Positions 1 to 10,986 of a DNA stretch of 49,887 nt are shown piece by piece. The number at the start of each line of letters is the position of its first letter. The first letter of the stretch is position 1. The position numbers were made by a program, and so were the translations under genes. The DNA is from Asterionella formosa (Eukaryota), in NCBI GenBank assembly GCA_002256025.1, contig NKIB01013925.1, positions 1 to 49,887 of the forward strand. The letters are read 5' to 3'. The notes under the pieces are model-generated. The model was not told the DNA's origin. It saw only the letters and a list, made by a program, of their open reading frames with translations, and ran no database searches.

Positions 1-414
1 CATCACCTCTGCAGTTCGAATTTGCCTTGAACCCCCTAATAGTCGCTTTGTGACGCTATTATTAAGAAAAGAAGCGACATTACTGTTCTTCGGAAACAAA
101 GGAGCAGGAGAACCATGGTCAGAAAAGAAGAATAGGTTGTAGCGGACGCTCTTGACTTGACAGTTGGCTCTATAGAAGTCCACCACTGTGCCACTTGGAA
201 TGGTGATTCTATTGGGATCATAGGACATTGAAGGGTAGCACTTGTTCATGTATGTCATCAATGTTCGCGTAGTCAATAGCATGTCGCTTCCAATGTTGAA
301 TTTTTGGTTCATGTAGTGAATGAGGAGGTCGGCCGGAATCCAGCGCCCACGTAGTGATGACTCCGCCATCACCAAAGAAAAATATCGTCCAAACAACTGA
401 AAGTTTGATGTCAT
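1..414 (-). CDS. Hypothetical protein, partial (runs off the left edge)
   Basis: Manual translation gives an ATG at 414 and 138 stop-free codons to position 1 (MTSNFQLFGRYFSLVMAESSLRGRWIPADLLIHYMNQ...). It is absent from the ORF track because it has no stop in the window. No family recognised. Confidence 0.45.
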   Translation of the reverse strand, partial: MTSNFQLFGRYFSLVMAESSLRGRWIPADLLIHYMNQKFNIGSDMLLTTRTLMTYMNKCYPSMSYDPNRITIPSGTVVDFYRANCQVKSVRYNLFFFSDHGSPAPLFPKNSNVASFLNNSVTKRLLGGSRQIRTAEVM

Positions 415-884
415 CTGTTTTGCGGTTTGGTTTCCGATCAGCGCTATGATCACGGTTCTAATACTATATCGCAAAACACAAGGCACTGAAGGGAAGCAAA
501 GGGAACCAACCGAGCGCAATCAACATGGTGATGGTTGTAACAACAAGAGATTCATCGCACAAAATATTTAGCTATATTTTTAGAAATAATGGTTTGTACC
601 AGGCCTACTAGAGCTACTATATGTTCTTCGATCATGCACCCAGCCATAAACGGAAATAGACAGGATTTATATAGCAGAAGAATCTGCAAACGAGCGGGGT
701 GAGAAAGATCTTGACCGGTCATTCCAGGGCAGTACTGGAGCGCGCTAGAGTAGCGCCATATATTTCAACAGAGTGAAACATGCATCGCCTCCTCATGCTC
801 TCCATTCCGACAACGAATCTTCAGTTGGCTGTTACGCTTGTTTGTCAAAACGAACAAGTGCCTCATACCTTTCTCTGATAAATC

Positions 885-2063
885 ATGTTTGCCGTCCATC
901 GTCAATTGCTGGTGAGAGGAGCAGCGAATAATCTCTCCAAAGCCTGTCGGCAGAATACAAGAACGTTCCGCTGGTCAGAGCGGAGCGGCTCGGCCCAACG
1001 ATGGTCTTCCTCAGTGACAACCATGCCTGCTACAACGACAATGACTATTCCTACGTCCAAGGCCATCACTTCGACGATAAACTTCGCGGCCAAGACTTGG
1101 AAGTATTTCAAAATGGTAGCATTGGTGGCCGGTGTCTATTCCTTGGGATTTCAGCAAGGCACTATTGAATATTCTCGCGATCCCAAAAAGCGACAACAAG
1201 TCTTGCTGGACACCATTTTGGCGCAGCATAAATGCACCTCAAGAGAGATGCTTCAAACCTTTGAGAGTGATAAAGGCGATCGCAAAGCAAGAATTCAGTT
1301 CATGAAAGGCCACCCTCAACTCAAAACGGTGGTGGCGGTTGGGGAGAAAGTGATAAGCGCTGCCAAATCTCACATTCACAGCAACATTAAAGCAATTGCA
1401 GACAAGCCTGGTATGCTAGAAGCCAATATGAATTCCTGGAATAATGCTTTTGTTGAACTGGACGATTTGAGACGATGGGCTAGAGCGGATCGCACAATGA
1501 GTGTTGGACCCTGGACGTACATGATCCTCCCATCTGATGCACCCAAGGTCTCCATTTCAGAAATATTGCCTCGGCATGTCTTTGTTACAACGGCACTCTT
1601 GGATCAAATTGAGAATGATGAAGAATTGGCCTTTCTATTGGGAATTGAAATGTCTCGTCTCTTATTGGGGCACAACACGATTCAAAATCTCATCGAAACA
1701 GGGTTGCGTACCGTCCAAGTTTTATGTTTAAGCATTGATCCGACAGAAGGTGTTCTCAGCTTTGCCATCGTCGCCGCTTTGGAGTGGCTGCGAGAGTTTA
1801 CGATGAAGTCTGGTGTCAGTAGCTGGCAGCAAGGTGAGGCAGATGCGTTGGGAATGAAGTTGGCGGCCATGGCGTGTTTCGATGTGACTCTAGCTTTGAA
1901 AGTGGTCACAAAATTTCCAGAGGAAAAGCCAACGTTGCGAGTCGGGACGATCAGTGGGACCGATGATCGATATACGACACTAGAGAAATTGGCCGAGACT
2001 GAAGTGCTTCTTAATCACGATCGTTGCTTCAAGGTACGAAAGCGATTTTTGGGAATATTTTGA
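885..2063 (+). CDS. Peptidase M48 (OMA1-like) family protein, probably mitochondrial and catalytically inactive
   Basis: Arg-rich N-terminal presequence, a hydrophobic segment, and M48-type blocks 'VFVTTALL..IENDEELAFLLG.E', 'EADALGMKLAAMACFD'. The HExxH position reads IEMSR. Confidence 0.75.
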   Translation: MFAVHRQLLVRGAANNLSKACRQNTRTFRWSERSGSAQRWSSSVTTMPATTTMTIPTSKAITSTINFAAKTWKYFKMVALVAGVYSLGFQQGTIEYSRDPKKRQQVLLDTILAQHKCTSREMLQTFESDKGDRKARIQFMKGHPQLKTVVAVGEKVISAAKSHIHSNIKAIADKPGMLEANMNSWNNAFVELDDLRRWARADRTMSVGPWTYMILPSDAPKVSISEILPRHVFVTTALLDQIENDEELAFLLGIEMSRLLLGHNTIQNLIETGLRTVQVLCLSIDPTEGVLSFAIVAALEWLREFTMKSGVSSWQQGEADALGMKLAAMACFDVTLALKVVTKFPEEKPTLRVGTISGTDDRYTTLEKLAETEVLLNHDRCFKVRKRFLGIF

Positions 2064-3014
2064 GCTTGTTATCACTGCGTTATTTTCGAAGGAGGAAAGC
2101 TTCGTCATGGAAGCTAGCGACTGCAGAAAAAACAGGAAACAGTTGCACATAGATATGTGCTGATCTTGATCTGACGACGAAATCGAATGCTTACACAAGG
2201 AGGATGCTAGGATAATTTGTCCTTTGCCTGTTGATGGCCTAATCGGCGTAGCGCCCGAGCAAAGACACCAATACGTAACACAAAGGCATTCACTATGTTT
2301 CCCTACTTGCTAAACCGCGGTGCAGTATTAAACACACATTTTCGAGATTAATCATACCACAAAAGAGTCTCTATCATGGGTGCAAATCGAGTGAGCACAA
2401 CAAGCCAGCTTGGGACAACGATATCACAAATCAGGATATATATATAGTCCATAGCTCTCTCTCTAGTTAGTTAGTTAACTGGTAGATTTGCCTGACTACA
2501 TACTGTTACTATAGCAATCGCATTCATGAGTTAAGTATCATGGTTGTGCGCGTTGAAGATACTTTCTAACATGATCATCAAGTCATGAGGTATAGGCAGA
2601 AATGTGACAATCATTTGAAAAATAAAAATTCCCATTCCCATTCCCAAATGCGTGAAGCGGTACTCTTACTATGAACCATCAGTAATATCGGGAGATGCCT
2701 GTGATAAAACAGTTAGCTCACGTACAAAAACGGAGCGAACACAGGTGGCGGTATATCTATGACGAGGAATGTTAGACAATAGAGTGACAACCACCGGTAT
2801 TAGTTTAGACATGGTGGACTGAGATAGCGAGCAACCAAAATGTCACATGTTATCTCCCTACTTCGAGCGACAAAATCGGCTTGATATATAAGACTGACTG
2901 AAAGGAAATACCGTCACTACACGTTGCTCCGGAACACTTTGCTGACGCCATTACACGATCCTTTCGTCACTACATAGATCTCAACGGTTTCTTTTGAAAT
3001 ACTGTGATAGTTAG

Positions 3015-3037
3015 TACCAGGTACCTGGTACCAGGTA
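3015..3037. repeat. TACC(A/T)GGTA chain (example of a window-wide intergenic motif)
   Basis: TACCAGGTACCTGGTACCAGGTA. Similar chains at about 10155-10182, 10492-10565, 15845-15870, 17565-17600, 18406-18432, 22006-22033, 29105-29120, 29236-29250, 29351-29365, 36709-36725, 38236-38250, 45815-45860 and 48248-48525. Confidence 0.9.
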
Positions 3038-3445
3038 ATCTGAAAATGATCACAACCATAGCCGTAGCCTACTGGTAGACAACTACCACGTACCAGCGGT
3101 TACCAGGTACGCAGTAACCACGTACCGGTAACTCATGCGCTATTTCGGCGGTATAGCTATTGTGAGTCGTGTATGAGATTGGCAGGTGCTACATACGCAC
3201 GTGGACACTGATATACAAATGCATATAAGGTATTGCCCAGCAATTATTGCTCAATGCATGTGCCACCGAAGTCGAACAAATTGATGGTCCAGTACATGCA
3301 ATACTCCGAGTTACACACAAAGATAACTATCAAGTGAGAATTAGTAAAAGCCGTGCATGCAGTGATCAACCATTGCTTGCCTGAAGAATCACAACAAAAC
3401 TTTCAAACGTGTCCATTGCACTACTTTCAAATCATATTGCTGGAC

Positions 3446-4958
3446 ATGATTCGCGACAATAACCAAGAACCATTGCCCCCTGCTGAAAATGTGTCTACCC
3501 AGGAGGACGAGGAATCTGATGATGACGATGAAGAACCTCTCACCAGTCGACAGAAGTTCCGGAAACGAGCCTGGGCATTCTATAATCAAAATGAGTTTCT
3601 CATCCTAGTCGTCATTGCTATCTGTTTGGCTAGAGCTTACCCTCCGTTGGGGGCTGTGTATCTTGAACCGAAAATCACGGCTGGATGGCTTGCTGTCATC
3701 ATTATATTTTGTAAGTTTTGCTTGGCCCGCATGTTCACATCGATTTCCATCAATGAAAGACTCACACACAACTGTTGTCCAACCATAGTGATGGCGGGGT
3801 TAGCTCTAAGAACAGAAGAATTTGTCAAGGCCTTTCAACAAATCTATTTCAACGCTTTCGTTCAGCTTTTCAACTTTGGTTTTATTTCCGTGTGTGTATT
3901 TGGATTCTCGCGCCTAATGGTTACGCTTGGAGCTATTTCCCAGGAATTAGGAAACGGAATGGCTATTTGTGGTTGTCTCCCGATCACCGTGAACATGTGC
4001 GTTGTGCTGACAAAGGCTGCTGGTGGAGGTAAGGTTCGAAAGTCCTGCTTGCCTGCTTCTTTACGTTTTCAAGTGGGTTGGAGGTTTCTCACGCGAATTC
4101 TTCGATTCCTCCATATTAGACGAAGCTGCTGCAATCTTCAACACAGCCTTTGCAAACATGATTGGAATTTTCATCAGTCCGCTCTTAATTGTTTTGTATA
4201 TTGGCGTTGAAGGAGGCATCGATACTAAGAAGACTTTCTTAGAACTTTCCCTCAAAGTCCTCCTTCCTCTTTTTGTAGGTCAGGTGTTGCAAAAGACTTC
4301 CAAACTTGTTGTCCGGTTTGTCAAGAAGTTCAAGAAATATTTCCTGAGGGGGCAGGAGTACTGCCTCGTTTTCATTCTTTATACCACGTTTTGCAAAACC
4401 TTTGCTGGGAACAAGCGCACAAAGATTACGCAAATCCTCTGGATGATTTTGTTTCAATTCATCCTACTCATGTTCTTTACTACTTTGGCATGGTATTCAT
4501 TGAAGTTCTTGTTTCCCGACAAGCCAAAACTCCGAGTCATGGGCCTTTTTGGATGTACACACAAGACGATTGCTGTAGGTGTGCCTCTCATTACATCAAT
4601 CTATGCAACCAGTCCCAATCTTGGAGTTTACACTCTGCCCCTGTTGATTTGGTATCCAATGCAGCTGATTATTGGAACATGTCTACTTTCCAAGCTCAAG
4701 CTCTTTTTGGAGTCGGAGCGAAAACGACTCGAAGGTGAAGAAGAGACCAAGTCAGATGATATAGAATCAGCATCTGATGGAGAACATGCCATTATTGACG
4801 ATGGGCTTGTCGACAAGGATAACAAGCATAACAAGCTTCAAGAGCCATCATTCACGGTAGCAGGCGATGCAGATGACAATGATAAGGAGGGTGTTGATAG
4901 CATTGAAGCAGGAGCAAAAACAGTTTTGGCAGATGTAGAGACAGGTGCGAAAGACTAG
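3446..4958 (+). CDS. SLC10A7/RCH1-like sodium/bile-acid symporter family transporter, copy 1 (exons 3446-3710, 3789-4028, 4120-4958)
   Basis: GT-AG introns at 3711-3788 and 4029-4119 restore one frame. Motifs 'LRTEEF', 'LTKAAGGDEAAAIFN', 'IL/IYTTFC', 'GCTHKT', 'LPLLIWYPMQL' match SLC10A7. Confidence 0.9.
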
Positions 4959-5399
4959 AGTACTTGCATAAACTGTGAATGATCAAGAGTGGATTTCAGA
5001 AGTTCGAATTTCTTCAGGGACTGAACATGATGTGCAACAATTAAATAGATTGATTACCTTTGCAATTAGTATAGTTTCGAGCAGGTTTCCAACCCTTTGA
5101 ATCCGCTAACAGTAATCCAATTCCTGTTGCTTTTGGTTCTGATTGACTAAAATTTTGAAAGTAACAAGAGTTTTTTTATGTGTGAGTTATATTCCCTTTT
5201 TGCTCGTCTTCAAACTTCAAAACATATGGAGAGTCATGTTGAGAAATTGTGTTATATATTTGATTGCAGACTATTGTCTGAACCATGTATGTAACTTCAT
5301 TTTTAGGTTCCTTAAGAGATATACTAAAACTAGCAATCTGGCCATTGTACTTTTATATTTAATTGTTATGCATGATATCTTACATTCATATTTTCCTAC

Positions 5400-6310
5400 C
5401 AAATGGGCAGTTCAAGATATATTGTGCATTGATATTATCAGTAGAATATGTGTATGGAGAGGATACTTTTCACACATTTGTTGGCAGCAAATAAGCAACT
5501 TTTTTCCAATGGAATCCTGTCATTAGTGGTAAGCCAATAATTGGTCCTGATCCTGGACCAAATATTTTTGATATCATTCAAATGGATGATTATGCTCATA
5601 ATTAAATTTTTCCGTTCACCACCATTATGTATGGATTTCCAAGCTGTTCTGGCAACCAACATGTAGGCAGTGCAGGAGAATGGTTGCTTACCGAAGAGTT
5701 GGTATTGATGTGGCTGAGGCCGGTCAAGAAGTCACCTTCTGGAAAAACTGCGTGCAATGCATTGAACACAGCGTAAATCCTGAAATTCAAATGTCGCCAC
5801 TTGCATGCAAAAATATGGCGTACAGAGCGTCATTAAGGATCATCAATACTGCAGAAACAAACATGAAAGTTGAAATTGTTCGTATTATGATATCAGGCAG
5901 GATCCACTTATAGGCATACCACACACCAATGATACCAGAACAAAAAGAGGCATGTGAGGGCCCACGGAATCTAGGGGCGCTACTAGCACCGGAGGGAAAG
6001 AATAACCAGAAGGAATTTAAAAAAAATTGATAAACACGGGGAAAACAATGACAGGAAAATGAAATTGCCAAGGCCTTACAATTGCAATTGAGCATGTGGA
6101 AATTCAGAACGGAGGCAGTGACAGGGAAACCATTTCAATTCCCGATTGCTCCAAATTTGCGATACATTGAATCGAAGTGAGTGACATCTGTGTGGCAATT
6201 TGTAGATCACATCTAGGGCACAGTGCTGCACATCGAGAACACATGGGAATTATTATTCCATAACGAGAAGGAGATCAATGTTTTATGGATATCTTTCAAT
6301 TTCCGCAATA
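5400..6310 (+). mobile_element. Degenerate non-LTR retrotransposon (LINE) fragment, region C-terminal to RT
   Basis: Broken frames give 'AYRRVGIDVAEAG', 'GPRNLG', 'YIESK*VTSVWQFV...ENTW...DQCFMDIF', resembling algal LINE ORF2 thumb and downstream blocks. Many stops and frameshifts; boundaries approximate. Confidence 0.45.
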
Positions 6311-6721
6311 TATTGTTTCACAATTAATTTTAAAGTTTATTACTACACACTAGAAATTTCACTGGTGCCTTTGAAGACCCAGATGACAATTCATGCCATT
6401 TTCTTCCAAACTTGAGGCCGTCGCCCATGACCGTGTTCCCAGATAGTAGGAGCTAGTAGGCAAAGCCGAGATCCATTGCGCAGACCATCCTGTTGGGTCT
6501 GAAGCCACGCATTATATGCTATGTCAACTGTTTCCACCCTCAACCTCGTTTGTTGTAATGTAGTATGTCGCTTAGTTCGCACTTCCACTGGCAGCAAAAA
6601 TAGATCTTTGTCTGTTTCTTCAATTTCTTGTGTATCAGTGGCATATCTTCACCTAATCTGTGTATCCACTGATTCTGTCAATTTAAGAAGTTGTTCCTCC
6701 CCTGTCTTCCCATATACTAAA

Positions 6722-7033
6722 CCTAATGCCAGCAATAGATACCAATTTGGAAACCCGGTAAGTAATAAAAATATAATCGATACCAATTTGGATCTAAATC
6801 GGTAGCAACGTTTCCAACCATATCCCTAATAGCTACCAATAATAGGACCCAATTGGAAACCAAATCGAAAGGGAAAAAATTGCTACCAATTTGGATCCCA
6901 ATTGGTAGCACTGATAATAATAGATACCAATTTAGAAACTCGATTGGTAGTTTAAAAAATTGACACCAATTTGGATCCAAATTGGTAGCAACGTTTCCAA
7001 CCCTAACCCTAATACCAACAATAGATACCAATG
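6722..7033. repeat. Array of palindromic TACCAATTTGGATCCAAATTGGTA-like motifs with a (CCCTAA)2 tract
   Basis: Variants at about 6740, 6781, 6849, 6881, 6925 and 6965; CCCTAACCCTAA at 7001-7012; the block begins and ends with CCTAAT-CCA-CAATAGATACCAAT. A perfect 24-bp copy lies at 7842-7865. Confidence 0.85.
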
Positions 7034-8517
7034 CTACTCGCTCTGGTTGAAAAGAATTGCGTCGAATCGCCGGCACCACTGGTGTCTTTACTGTTTGCAT
7101 ATGAAGGATTACGTAGCTAATATACCATCTTTCTACGTGAGGATCGGCTTACTCGAAAAAATGCGTTCTTTATTAGTTACATAGACGTGAAAATACCCAC
7201 TGTTTCTGTAATTAAATTAATGGCATTTAAATAAAATATTCGAACCCAACTTAAGATACTTATATTAATTACGTATATGTGCATATCGCCAAATGCCATT
7301 TTATCTTGGTTGGCCACTCAAATATTTGCGGGAAACTAAATGGAACAAGCCACTATCATCATTATATCATGAATAGAATAACTGTCATTTCGTATGTTTT
7401 CTACAGTTGTTGCACTTACATTGACCACACCGCTGGATATTTAATGGTGATTTCCTGAAAACGAACATATCTTCGTTTTCTGCCTTCCCACCATTGCAAC
7501 TTTTGGGGTTGCGCATTCCATAATTGAACTCAAATTCTTGCCGTTGCTCTACTGTTATAACCTACCTCATAAGTATGTTGAGAATAGATGGTTCGAAGAA
7601 AAATGGGTCCTCATGCACTGCATTTTGCTCGAGATAGCCATAAGTGAAAATCGAAAAAGCCCAAAAACCTTTTTTTGATACGTAGTTGCCAATTTTAAAT
7701 TTACTAGATATCTATTATAAATGGATCTGTAGCTTATGCGATTGCGCACATTAGGGCAATTGAGCCGGAGAAAATCGTAGGAATCAAAATTGCGCCGGAG
7801 AAATATTAACATTCGCCACAATTGTTTTCAACCAGAAGGAGTACCAATTTGGATCCAAATTGGTATTTCTGTTAAGCTAAATAACTATCTATATTCAGAT
7901 TAACCATTTCTCAAGAATTTTTTGCCAAATTGACATCAAAAATACCGATTTGGCAAAAAATCCAATTTGGATTTCGGACATTTCGAAAAAGAAAAAACGT
8001 CAAACACTCGAAATCCCAATTCGTAGTTCAAAATCGGTACTAAATTCCTCCAAATTTTTTCTTTTCTGCAGCCATGGCAACATGTGCGCGCGTGCATAAG
8101 AGCATCGCCACCACATTGACCAAATACCAAGCCAATTGAAGTTGCGGGTCATTACACCACGTCATGATGTGTTGTGTTGGTCGAAAAAGCAAAATTATTT
8201 TAGCCACCGCATCGACCAAGACCAAATATGCTTTGGTCTTGGTCGAGGATGACCCCTTATCGACCAAATATCAAGAATTTGGTCTATTAGACTCCGACTG
8301 TAGCCAAATAAAAGGATCACCTCTATTGGTTTAGATTGTGCTGGCTCGCGCCAGCAACCTAACGTTTATAGTTTAATGAGCAGTGCAAACATAATTAAAG
8401 TACATTTCACTATAGCCACTATAGCCTCTTCATGTATAACTCTATAGGCCAATGTGATCTTGTTGTGTATACATCATATAGAGTCAACATCATAAAACAA
8501 CAATCATCATTGTCAGG

Positions 8518-9195
8518 ATGGGTTTCAGTGTCACGTGGGAAAAGGAAGAGGACGTAGCACTCTCTCAGGCCTGGGTAGCTGCAAGTGAAGACTCAATCAC
8601 TGGGACTGGTCAGAAAGCAAAAAAATTTTGGAGCTGGGTATTTGAGATTTATGTTGAGCTTATCCCAGATGGGAAGGATCGCACCTCAACGGCGTGCACT
8701 GCTCGATGCATGGGGAACAATCAATCAAGATGTGACAAAGTTTTGCGGCCTCTATTCACAGGTTACGTCCATTGCTAAGTCAGGATGGACAGACGACAAC
8801 TACCTTTAGGAAGCAGGGAGCTATTTAAATAAGAGGGAAAAGGAAGGAAAATGGGTAGAGAATTCGTGTTCGAAGGGTGTTGGCGAATTTTGAAGGACGC
8901 TCCAAGGGGAAGGGTGGGTGTGGATATGTCCGAGATCAGCAGCAAATCACAAAGAAGGGTCCTGAGTTACTAGATGTGCGTCCCATGGGGACGAAAGCAG
9001 CAAATGATAGTAAGCTGCTCGCAAATTCTCAGCTTGTCATTGAGCAAAAACACGTGCAGATGTTGGAGAGAAAGGTGAAGACGCAACGTAATGAATTTTT
9101 GTTCAAGATTTTCTCTCTTATTATTTATTCTGAGGAAGCTAAAAGGTGGTTTGCTATGAAGGCTCAAGAAGCTATGGAGGAGATGGAGGAACTCA
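8518..9195 (+). pseudogene. Harbinger accessory Myb/SANT-like (NAM-associated) protein, disrupted
   Basis: 'WEKEEDVALSQAWVAASEDSITGTGQKAKKFW', 'WGTINQDVTKFCG', 'FVFEGCWRILKDAP', 'RPMGTKAA'. Interrupted by a 4-nt frameshift near 8707, a TAG at 8807-8809 and further shifts. Confidence 0.85.
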
Positions 9196-9490
9196 GTTTT
9201 GGACCTTGTGGCTCTGAAATTGTTTTGACAAATGTATGCCAATTTGAGCAGATTCCGTCAACCAAATAATACCTCAGATTGTGTTTTTGGTTGTTGATGG
9301 CAAATTGTACTTTTGGAATCTTTCCAGTTGACAAATCATGCAAAAACGGTGAACGATCCAAAATATTAAGATCATTGTTTGTTGCCCCAGGCATTCCAAA
9401 CCATGCATGCCAGAACCAAAGTCTGCAATCAACCACAGCTTCCAAAGCAATTGTTGCCACTCCTTTGTTGAGTGTTGTTGACTATGACAT
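9195..9490 (-). pseudogene. Plant_tran (PF04827)-type Harbinger DDE transposase fragment
   Basis: 'TIALEAVVDCRLWFWHAWFGMPGATNNDLNILDRSP...YYLVDGI..W.TFVKTI..P' is the family core. The C-terminus is missing, and a possible ATG at 9490 is joined almost directly to the core. Confidence 0.9.
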
Positions 9491-10986
9491 CCTTGTTAAA
9501 TTGAAAATTTCGATTATTGATAAAAAATTTCTCGACCAAGTTACGTGTATTGAGATTTTCAATTGCAATTTGCTTTGGTATTTGGTCGATGTGGTGGCAA
9601 TGCTCTAAAAGGAGCTAACGCTAGTCTAGCAGGAATTTTCCCAAAACAGGATGAAACAGGAAAAACTATTCGTAAATTCAACTGCCCATTGGCATTTGCA
9701 CCACAATTGCACCACTATTACTTAGAGAAGCCAAAATTGCACCATCAGACTACCTTTATGTAAAATCCGTGCTACTGCCTGCACTACCGTAGTGATATTT
9801 GCTCATATGATCGATATTTGCTGCTTATGATCACGGTCAGATTCATATAAGATCTGTATTTTGTAGTAGCATACCACGTACATACATATAATGATCCATT
9901 CATCGAATACTTACTACCGGTAAACTAGTAATAAAATACTGCAAGTATTCTTTATCATACAGATTACTACCAGGAGCCGGTAATGAATTTTTAACTAAAT
10001 AAGGCCGTGTCCTAATATTACGGTGCCCGAAAGAATACCAAGATTGCTTGCCTCAAGCAAACGGAGGATAGGAGCGAACCACAGCAATAATATAATTTCA
10101 AAATGACTCCTTGCTGACGTCATATTGTCGCTGCACCACATTGCACCACAATGATACCTGGTACCGTTACTGGTACCAGGTACATATGTTGGCTCAAAGT
10201 TTAGTATCTGGCACTGGAGTACAGGATCATATGCAATTAGCGCTCTAACGCATTCTTTCGATGAATTTTGTGTCTTGTCCGGGTTCTGTCACCTCTCAGT
10301 TCGCACGGGGGTGTATATCGGACCGGTAGCTGCTATGCCTTTCCTGTATGTCCGTACTGGCACCTTCTGTTGTGTACTGTTTTGAAACTCTTATGCATAC
10401 CTAATGAAACTATTTTTATTCCCAACGGACAGAACGGAAGCATCGCCGGCGAACACAATGTGCATTCCACGGCTTGGCTGTGCGTTCTTAATACCGGTAC
10501 CTGGTACAGACGATGATGATTACCAGTACGGTACCGGGTACTCGAGTACCTGGTACCAGTACCAGGGCCGGGAATTACATAAAGATGTACAGTGCCGGTA
10601 CATGATTTGTTGACCAGTGCATGCATAACATACGAAGCTGCTGGCTGCTGACGCCGATGCATTTACAAAATTTGGCAAGGAACAAAGACAGGATTAATTA
10701 TAGTAAACTAACAGATACCTGGTACTCTACGAGCGTACTGGTACCAGTGCTATGTATACCATAACAGGCAGTCGTAAATGTAAAACAGGAGGAGGTCATG
10801 ACTAATAATACGCACATGCATGATTAGCGAAGGGCGGAACCATCATATTGACACATAATTAGATTTAAAAGCATCTGGTGTTCCTCGTTGTCCATTTTCC
10901 TCCTTGTTTCATTAACAAAAACGCAATATCAAACCTAAATCAGAAATTTGAATATAATTGTCCACCCAGGAAGCGGATCTGGTAGC

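Larger units (their letters stand above)
8100..9605. mobile_element. PIF/Harbinger-superfamily DNA transposon, internally deleted and non-autonomous
   Basis: ~31-bp TIRs (GAGCATCGCCACCACATTGACCAAATACCAA at 8100; inverse ending 9605) flanked by TAA on both sides (8097-8099, 9606-9608). Subterminal TCGACCAA repeats. Convergent Myb-like and transposase remnants inside. Confidence 0.92.

Noticed and set aside
3353..4958. Transporter copies as frameshifted pseudogenes (split ORFs in the track)
   Set aside because: Canonical GT-AG introns at identical positions in all four copies restore continuous frames.
6722..7033. Palindrome array as CRISPR repeats or a true telomere
   Set aside because: Repeats are degenerate, the spacers resemble one another, there are no cas genes, and only two CCCTAA units occur internally.
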